IMG/VR virus record: IMGVR_UViG_3300029955_000003
Source of the DNA: an uncultured virus (IMG/VR IMGVR_UViG_3300029955_000003)
Taxonomy: Duplodnaviria; Heunggongvirae; Uroviricota; Caudoviricetes
Direction: 5' to 3' (one strand)
DNA: 64,000 nt
The notes under the pieces were generated by a model. The model worked only from the letters and a program-made list of their open reading frames with translations, had not been told where the DNA came from and did no database searches. How positions within the stretch are numbered: the stretch's first letter is position 1; the number at the start of each line of letters is the position of its first letter. Below are positions 57,776-64,000 of the stretch, in pieces. The position numbers were made by a program, and so were the translations under genes.

Positions 57776-58509
57776 ATGGGTTTGATGATTTTGATAATGT
57801 ACCGACTTACACACACCTAAAGCCAGTTAATAATGATAGACAGGCGTCGGAAACCGGATGGAAGGTGCGAGAACCGCTACAAGATAATGCGGATATAGAC
57901 ATTTCATATAAAACGCGTAGACCAAACTTAAATCACGAGCTTGCTGTCGATATCCATAATGGATTGGGAGGCGCTAGAGTAATTGCTGAGGCGCGGCGCA
58001 AAATGGATGAAATTGGTGATTTAGACATTACTGATTTCATGGATGCAAAAGTATCGCCTGATGTAAAACGAGCTTTTGCCGAAAGTATGAAAAGACAAAG
58101 ACCGAGGTCTTCTGCATCTACACCATCACAAAACTACGATAATCCTTTTGATGATAGCGAAACGTCCAGTGGTGGCAGATTTGTTGTGGAAAAAGCTATG
58201 GCTGCATTGAAGTCAGGAGCTAAAATTCCAGTATGGATGATCGTTGATTCAAATAATGGTCAACAGTTCCAAAAACCATTTAAAATACATGAAGCTGCTA
58301 TAGCAGTTTCGAATTTATTAAACGAGCATGGTACTATTAAACATCCTTCTGTCAAGAAAGCGCTCACGGCATATGACACTTATAATGAAATTCTTAAGAA
58401 GGTCAATATCGTTAAAAAGGCTATCAATGAGGGCGAAGAAGAACAAAGACCCGTTCTGACCCGTCTCAGAGAGCAACTTAAAACCTGCGGAAAAGCCATA
58501 GGACTGTAA
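57772..58509 (+). CDS. hypothetical protein
   Basis: 245 aa, ATGA overlap. Confidence 0.7.
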   Translation: MNGFDDFDNVPTYTHLKPVNNDRQASETGWKVREPLQDNADIDISYKTRRPNLNHELAVDIHNGLGGARVIAEARRKMDEIGDLDITDFMDAKVSPDVKRAFAESMKRQRPRSSASTPSQNYDNPFDDSETSSGGRFVVEKAMAALKSGAKIPVWMIVDSNNGQQFQKPFKIHEAAIAVSNLLNEHGTIKHPSVKKALTAYDTYNEILKKVNIVKKAINEGEEEQRPVLTRLREQLKTCGKAIGL

Positions 58510-58552
58510 TAGAAATGTTTTCGCTAAATATTATTAATATTAGGAATTTGAT

Positions 58553-59719
58553 ATGAGTCTTGCTTTTTTACGCGAAACACCAGAGATAAAACTTAGAAAG
58601 ATCGAAAATGATCTTTCTACTATTAATGAAGAATTTAATTTCTCTACATTTAGTAAGTTACCTATTCAAAAGGTTCAAAAGTGCATTTCTTACTATAATG
58701 GTAAAATAGGTACTCTAAAAGAATCCACGTATGGGTCTTGGTTGTTTAATCCAAAATTTAATGAATTTTCTTTAATTAGAGAAGGACTGCTTTCTATATT
58801 AGAAAAGAAACAATCCTTAATTGATAATGAACAATTAGTTCGTGGTTTTGTCTATTATAATAATGTTAAACATTTCGATAAGCAATTGGTTGGTGAAAGA
58901 TGTTTTTACAAGAATAATTTTGATGCGGATTGGGTTCCTTTTAAGGAGCATATCGCCGTCACAAAAGCAAAAGAATTATTGCGTTATGGATCAGAAGAAG
59001 ATTTTAAAAAGATTTATTTTGAATTTGCAGATGGAAATTCAATTTCTTTTGGAAAAGTAGATTTATCCCATGTGTCAGAATCTACTGACAGCGCTTTAGA
59101 AGCAATTGAAGAATATTGTGATAGTCGGTGGAATGGTCCATGGGCTTGGGAAGCTCCTTCTTCCGAAAAATTAATGATGGTTATAGAGGATAAAAAAATG
59201 GATTTGGCTACCGCTAGAAAAAAGAAAATCGACCTTGCTAAACAAATAACTTCTTTATATGAAGAGCAAATGGATAAATTTGCGTTGGTTGGCGCTATTC
59301 AGGACATGCAGAGCCGCGTAGATTCGATGATCGCAGACGTAGGTAAGATTATGAGTGACTCGATTGAATTAGGGGTGGCTGCTCAGACCACTCCCGGAAC
59401 TGGTAATAGTAATTTACATGGCACAATCGAAGCCCCTGCGAATAATGTTGCGCAAGGATTAGCTCAGTTAAAAGCAGCAATTCAAAATGCATTGGGGGCA
59501 ATTAGTGCTAACGTGGAGTCGCCTACCCTTGACGGGCTTGATCCTACAATGGGTAATGATGGTGGCGCTCCCGGCGCTGTTCCCGGCGCTGAGGGTGGAT
59601 TACCTCCTGCGCCTACCGGCGACATGGGTCTTGGCGGCGACCCGGCTGCTTTAGGTGACACTCTTTCTGGTGTCGGTGTTGAAGGCGAAGATGGCGAACG
59701 TATTAAGAAGGATATGTAA
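58553..59719 (+). CDS. hypothetical late (head-associated?) protein
   Basis: 388 aa, coiled coil plus Gly/Pro acidic tail; TAAATA upstream. Confidence 0.65.
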   Translation: MSLAFLRETPEIKLRKIENDLSTINEEFNFSTFSKLPIQKVQKCISYYNGKIGTLKESTYGSWLFNPKFNEFSLIREGLLSILEKKQSLIDNEQLVRGFVYYNNVKHFDKQLVGERCFYKNNFDADWVPFKEHIAVTKAKELLRYGSEEDFKKIYFEFADGNSISFGKVDLSHVSESTDSALEAIEEYCDSRWNGPWAWEAPSSEKLMMVIEDKKMDLATARKKKIDLAKQITSLYEEQMDKFALVGAIQDMQSRVDSMIADVGKIMSDSIELGVAAQTTPGTGNSNLHGTIEAPANNVAQGLAQLKAAIQNALGAISANVESPTLDGLDPTMGNDGGAPGAVPGAEGGLPPAPTGDMGLGGDPAALGDTLSGVGVEGEDGERIKKDM

Positions 59720-60084
59720 TGCTTGATTTAGACGATGGATTTTATGATGCCAGTTCTGCTAGAAATATGTCACTTGGTGCTCGTGCCAGCGTGTCAATTA
59801 TTTTAACTGAAATAAGTGCATTGAAGCTTGCCGTTGATGCCGCAGTATTTGCTGGTAACACGACAGTTAAGATTGACACGACTGCAATGGCAGTTTCTTC
59901 GACGTATTTTACTGCGTGGAGCGATCCATTTAATCCTGCTAACACAAGCATATATGTCGCTCAACGGTTCGCAATGGACTCGGTTATTAGGTATTTCACT
60001 AGATTAGGATATGACATTTTTCGGGTCAGAGGCACTGTCGCTGATCCTACTGCTAATAGTTTTACTTGGGTGATTAACTGGTAA
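59719..60084 (+). CDS. hypothetical structural protein
   Basis: 121 aa, VIRYFTRLGY...FTWVINW; TAATG coupling. Confidence 0.6.
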   Translation: MLDLDDGFYDASSARNMSLGARASVSIILTEISALKLAVDAAVFAGNTTVKIDTTAMAVSSTYFTAWSDPFNPANTSIYVAQRFAMDSVIRYFTRLGYDIFRVRGTVADPTANSFTWVINW

Positions 60085-60102
60085 GTACTATATACATTTT
60101 AA

Positions 60103-60513
60103 ATGACTTCCACTAAAGAACATAATTTAATAATTTTTGGTTTAGATTTTAAAGATGAGCTTATCATTCAGGACAAAGCTGAATTAGAAGGTTATCTTTC
60201 TGTAGACCATATGTTATATGATTATTTTCAATTTCCTAAAATTGAAATGTTTGATTGTATGCGCCGCTATCATATGGCGGTCACTCAACACTGGTTGAAT
60301 ATCGGTGTTGAGTTTGTCTCAATGGAAACGAGTCAAGGGAATCATAATTTTATCGCAGTAAGTGGTAAAAAATGCTTTGTTAAAAAAAATGATGTGTCTA
60401 CCTTAGAGACAGGTTTTTTCGAAATTGATCCGACACATATTTTAAAATTAAAGAAATTTTGTGAAACATTGGATATTCCTTTTTTCAGTCCTAACTGGTA
60501 CGTTGTGGCGTGA
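60103..60513 (+). CDS. hypothetical protein
   Basis: 136-aa ORF. Confidence 0.6.
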   Translation: MTSTKEHNLIIFGLDFKDELIIQDKAELEGYLSVDHMLYDYFQFPKIEMFDCMRRYHMAVTQHWLNIGVEFVSMETSQGNHNFIAVSGKKCFVKKNDVSTLETGFFEIDPTHILKLKKFCETLDIPFFSPNWYVVA

Positions 60514-61904
60514 CCCAAAAGACTTTGTTACAATTTATTGAAGAAGCTAATAATATACATGATAATAGATATACCTATTTGAACAGCGTATATAATGGAG
60601 CGCGGAAAAAAATTATAATTACATGTAAATTACATGGTGATTTCGAACAAATGGCGTATAGCCATTTGGCTGGATGTGGTTGTTCTATTTGTGCAGAAGA
60701 AGATAGAACATTAAAAAAGAGAACTACTGTTCCGGTATTAATTAACCAATTTAAAAAAATTCATGGTAATTTGTACATATATGATAAAGTTAACTATATC
60801 AATGCACGTACTCCAATAGATATAGTTTGTAATACTCATGGAGACTTTAGACAGGAGCCGAGGGTTCATTTACGTGGTAATGGTTGTCCTAAATGTGGTA
60901 TAATTTATAATACCACACGACATACCAAATCATTAGACACCTTTATTCAAGAAGCAGCTAAAACTCATAATGATTTTTATGACTATTCAACAACAATATA
61001 TATTAATACTATGTCTAAAATTATTATAACTTGTCCTAAACATGGTGAGTTTAGACAAACTCCTGATGCCCATTTACGTGGTCAATGGTGTTCTAAATGT
61101 AAACCAAAGGATTCTAAAGCTCAACGTGAAATTAATGAATTTATTTTAAGTCTTGGATTTGAAACAATTTATGGTGATAAAAACATTATTAAACCAAAAG
61201 AATTGGATATAGTTATACCGTTGAAGAAATTAGCTGTAGAATACAATGGACTTCATTGGCATCATGATAAAAGAATAAAAAAGGACAATCATATAATTAA
61301 ACAACAATTAACTAATGATGCAGGATATGAATTAGTAACCATATTTGAGGATGAATGGTTGACTAAACCTCATGTAGTTAAAAAACTAATTTCGCGCCGT
61401 CTTTTGGATAAACTACCAGATATCCACTCCTACTCTATCGGTACTATTGATCCAATAATGGCTAGAACTTTCCTAAATGAGGAACATATAAACGGAGCGC
61501 CGGAAATACTAGGAGTGTGTTTGGGATATTTTGACGAAACAGATACGCTGATATCATTATTAACATTAGATTTAATTAATAATAATGATTGGAATTTATC
61601 ACGTATTGCTACAAATAATTATTATGATGATGCAACGATAGATAAATTATTTTATTATTTTATAGAAAACTATCAACCACGTACTATATCGACTATATCA
61701 GACAATAGGTTCTCAGATAATAAAATATATTTAAATCTTAAATTCAACGTTTCGAAAAAACTTCCAATTGACTATATGTATATTAAGTCATCGCGTAGAT
61801 ATACAAAATCAGAAATTGAGAAAATAACACAAACTACAATTTCTAAAAAATCAAAGAAAATTTGGGATTGTGGCAAAACCGAGTGGGTATGGAAAAGGGA
61901 TTAA
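60510..61904 (+). mobile_element. homing endonuclease (three DUF723-like repeats plus Hef/Vsr-like nuclease)
   Basis: 3x H..xYxY..Y...IxCxxHGxFxQ...HLxGxxCxxC; ELDI..LAVEYNGLHWH, IFEDEW, SDNRFS, IWDCG. Confidence 0.82.
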
Positions 61905-62611
61905 TTGTGATAAGATATAATGGACCGAAGCTGGCGTATCCAGAATTAGAAGCAGTAACAACAGAAAAAGGGCGCGTATACACTACCCCAACCGGTCCAG
62001 CACCTTCAGTCACCACTATTTTATCTAAATTACCCCACCCGGAATTAGACGCTTGGAAAGAGCGCGTGGGAGAAGATGAAGCAAAACGGATTTCCACCGA
62101 AGCCACAAATATCGGCACCGCAATGCATAATTTATGTGAAAGTTTCATAACAAAGGAGCCTTACAAAAAAACCACTACCGATGAATTGGAAGAAATCGCG
62201 GAACAAATGTTTCGTAAAGTTAAAATGTACGGCTTACGTAGAGTTACTGAAGTCTTTGGGATTGAAGTGTGTTTGCATTTGGATAACTTGGTAGCTGGGC
62301 GTACCGATCTTATAGGAATTGAAGATGGTAAATTCAGCATCATGGATTATAAAACTTCCAAGTTCTTTAAAAAAGAATCAGAAATTGAAAACTATTTCAT
62401 ACAGTTGGGCTTTTATGTCAACATGCACGAATTTATGTTTCCTGAACATAAATTTGAACAGGGAGTGTTGTTCATAGGCACCAGACCTAACCCGGCGTAT
62501 AATAAAACCGCAGATATTCAAGTGGTTAGATTAGATAAAGTTAAATTAGAGTATTACAAAAATAAGGCATTAGATACTATTGAATGGTATTACCAAAATT
62601 TTCATAAATAA
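61889..62611 (+). CDS. PD-(D/E)XK exonuclease (Cas4/RecB-like)
   Basis: PSVTTILS, W..RVG, GTAMH, AGRTD, IMDYKTS, YFIQL..Y; start ATG 61889 or GTG 61907. Confidence 0.85.
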   Translation: MEKGLIVIRYNGPKLAYPELEAVTTEKGRVYTTPTGPAPSVTTILSKLPHPELDAWKERVGEDEAKRISTEATNIGTAMHNLCESFITKEPYKKTTTDELEEIAEQMFRKVKMYGLRRVTEVFGIEVCLHLDNLVAGRTDLIGIEDGKFSIMDYKTSKFFKKESEIENYFIQLGFYVNMHEFMFPEHKFEQGVLFIGTRPNPAYNKTADIQVVRLDKVKLEYYKNKALDTIEWYYQNFHK

Positions 62612-62615
62612 TAAC

Positions 62616-63329
62616 ATGAAACGCCATATTTTATTAGAATTAACAAACACTAAGGACATGCAAACTGACTTAGATGCTGAGGCTAAACGCCTCGCGGGTG
62701 GGGATGAAGCGCAGAACCCTCCACAGCAGCCTTTAAACGGTGCAGCAGACCAACCAGAACCAAACCCGCAGATTGACACCCAAATGGGTGGTGAAGTCCC
62801 TGACGGCGATGCTGCGCCCCCTGAAGAAGGTGCGCCCTCTGATGAGGTTTCTGATGGCGAGAATGCCGTAGAAGATGAGATTGATAATGATGAGCCGGAT
62901 GAAGAAATTGACGGCGATCTAGTTGGTCAATTAAAAGACCAATCTTACGTTAAAGATTATAATCATGACAACGATAAATCTCCGGTAAGCCCGATTAAGA
63001 TTGCAGGAATGGCAATTGACTCATTATATCAATTAAAGAATCAAGTCCGCTTTCAACTTAATAAGTTAACCCTATCTGATGACTCCGGGATATCAGACGA
63101 TTCTAATTTAGAGTTTTACCAAGATTTGATGGCATACGTAAACGCAGTCATTGAATATAGAAAAACGGAAATAAGAAGCAATGATGACGAGGATACCGGG
63201 AACACCCGCCCACAAGTTGCTAAACAAAATCCTCCTAAGAATATAAAATATGGAGAAGTTAAGCCGCAGAAATTCAAAGAAGATATATTCTTGAAGCGTT
63301 TTAATGATCTGTTATCAGATAATATATAA
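62616..63329 (+). CDS. acidic hypothetical late protein
   Basis: Likely start MKRHILLE 5 nt after TAAATA. Confidence 0.65.
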   Translation: MKRHILLELTNTKDMQTDLDAEAKRLAGGDEAQNPPQQPLNGAADQPEPNPQIDTQMGGEVPDGDAAPPEEGAPSDEVSDGENAVEDEIDNDEPDEEIDGDLVGQLKDQSYVKDYNHDNDKSPVSPIKIAGMAIDSLYQLKNQVRFQLNKLTLSDDSGISDDSNLEFYQDLMAYVNAVIEYRKTEIRSNDDEDTGNTRPQVAKQNPPKNIKYGEVKPQKFKEDIFLKRFNDLLSDNI

Positions 63330-63353
63330 CATAATTTAATGATTTGATATTAG

Positions 63354-63387
63354 AAAACTCCTACCTATATCCATAGGTAGGAGTTTT
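63354..63387 (+). promoter_or_regulatory. 15-bp hairpin covering the SD of the next gene (terminator-like)
   Basis: AAAACTCCTACCTAT-ATCC-ATAGGTAGGAGTTTT. Confidence 0.7.
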
Positions 63388-63390
63388 GGT

Positions 63391-64000
63391 ATGCGGTTTA
63401 CCATTTTTGATGCAAACAATTTAGTTCACAGGGCTTGGCACTCGTTGCATAGGCGAGTGAAGGGTTTTACTGATTCTGAATATTCTCAACGGAAAATGGT
63501 TATGGAAAATCTTTTTCAGACCGTTCGTATGTGTAATAATCATTTTTACCCAGACTGTTTGGTGTTTTGCTTTGATTCTAGGTCTTGGCGAAAGTCGTTA
63601 TTTGATGATTATAAAATATCTCATAAAGCACGGATTAAAACTCCTGATGAGATTACGAGAAATGATATTATTCATAAGATAATAAATGAATTTGCTGATT
63701 TCATCAAAACAACCAACAATATATTTTTAGAGAGAAGCGGTGCAGAAGCCGATGACTTTATTGCTTTCTGGACTTTCATGCACCCTGAGGATGAACATAT
63801 CATTATTTCAGGCGATTCTGACTTTAAACAGTTGGTTAAGGCTGGCGTGTCATTGTTTGCTCCGGTTCCTAAAAAAATGTATACTGTTAGAGGGGTGTTT
63901 TATCAAGATAACAAAATTGACGACACCCAAATTGAATATCTCTTTGATGAAGTGTGGAAAATTTCTTTCGAAAAAGACGGCACACGAGAAGTGTTTGATC
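63391..64000 (+). CDS. rnh: RNase H / 5'-3' exonuclease (T4 rnh-like), partial
   Basis: Own translation: MRFTIFDANNLVHRAWH...FCFDSRSWRK..YK...AEADDFIA...IISGDSDFKQL; open to window end. Confidence 0.88.
   Translation, partial: MRFTIFDANNLVHRAWHSLHRRVKGFTDSEYSQRKMVMENLFQTVRMCNNHFYPDCLVFCFDSRSWRKSLFDDYKISHKARIKTPDEITRNDIIHKIINEFADFIKTTNNIFLERSGAEADDFIAFWTFMHPEDEHIIISGDSDFKQLVKAGVSLFAPVPKKMYTVRGVFYQDNKIDDTQIEYLFDEVWKISFEKDGTREVFD

Noticed and set aside
61889..62611. Cas4-like nuclease as a sign of CRISPR-Cas
   Set aside because: No repeat-spacer array or other cas genes were seen; this is a common solo phage exonuclease.
1..64000. Genome-wide stop-codon reassignment (TGA or TAG) as the explanation for the UGA in the release factor
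   Set aside because: Core genes are intact in code 11. TGA ends well-defined genes (4191, 27848, 29851, 36942, 40817), in the cases checked with another stop shortly after, and TAG ends the 32488-32973 ORF.

Overview
This is a 64-kb, AT-rich segment of a T4-like (gp13-gp23, gp41/gp61, UvsX/Y/W) jumbo myophage genome. All annotations come from motif recognition by eye; no database searches were run. The head module (portal, three paralogous acidic core proteins, protease, scaffold, major capsid) lies on the minus strand. An origin-like intergenic region follows, then plus-strand neck/tail, packaging, nucleotide-metabolism, recombination and replication genes. Late genes carry a T4-type (TA)TAAATA promoter. 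The bS21 sequence, CTTGAC..CTATAT-like promoters and a ROSE element suggest an alphaproteobacterial host (inference). The most unusual signal is missing from the ORF track: a complete class-I release-factor-like gene (6624-7280; PxT and GGQ motifs, no domain 1) interrupted by one in-frame UGA at codon 40. It lies next to an RlaP-type nucleotidyltransferase and a stand-alone mini-copy of the portal clip region. Other signs of a translation-level control layer are apparently leaderless late mRNAs, an ATT start for the tail tube, a probable -1 frameshift after the gp26-like gene, a ROSE thermometer, RBS-occluding hairpins, a shared GGAGU-loop leader on both NAD-salvage genes, and phage bS21. A likely anti-defence cluster comprises NMNAT-Nudix, NAMPT, two T7 gp0.7-like kinases and a 2H phosphoesterase. 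No tRNA, rRNA or CRISPR array was recognised.
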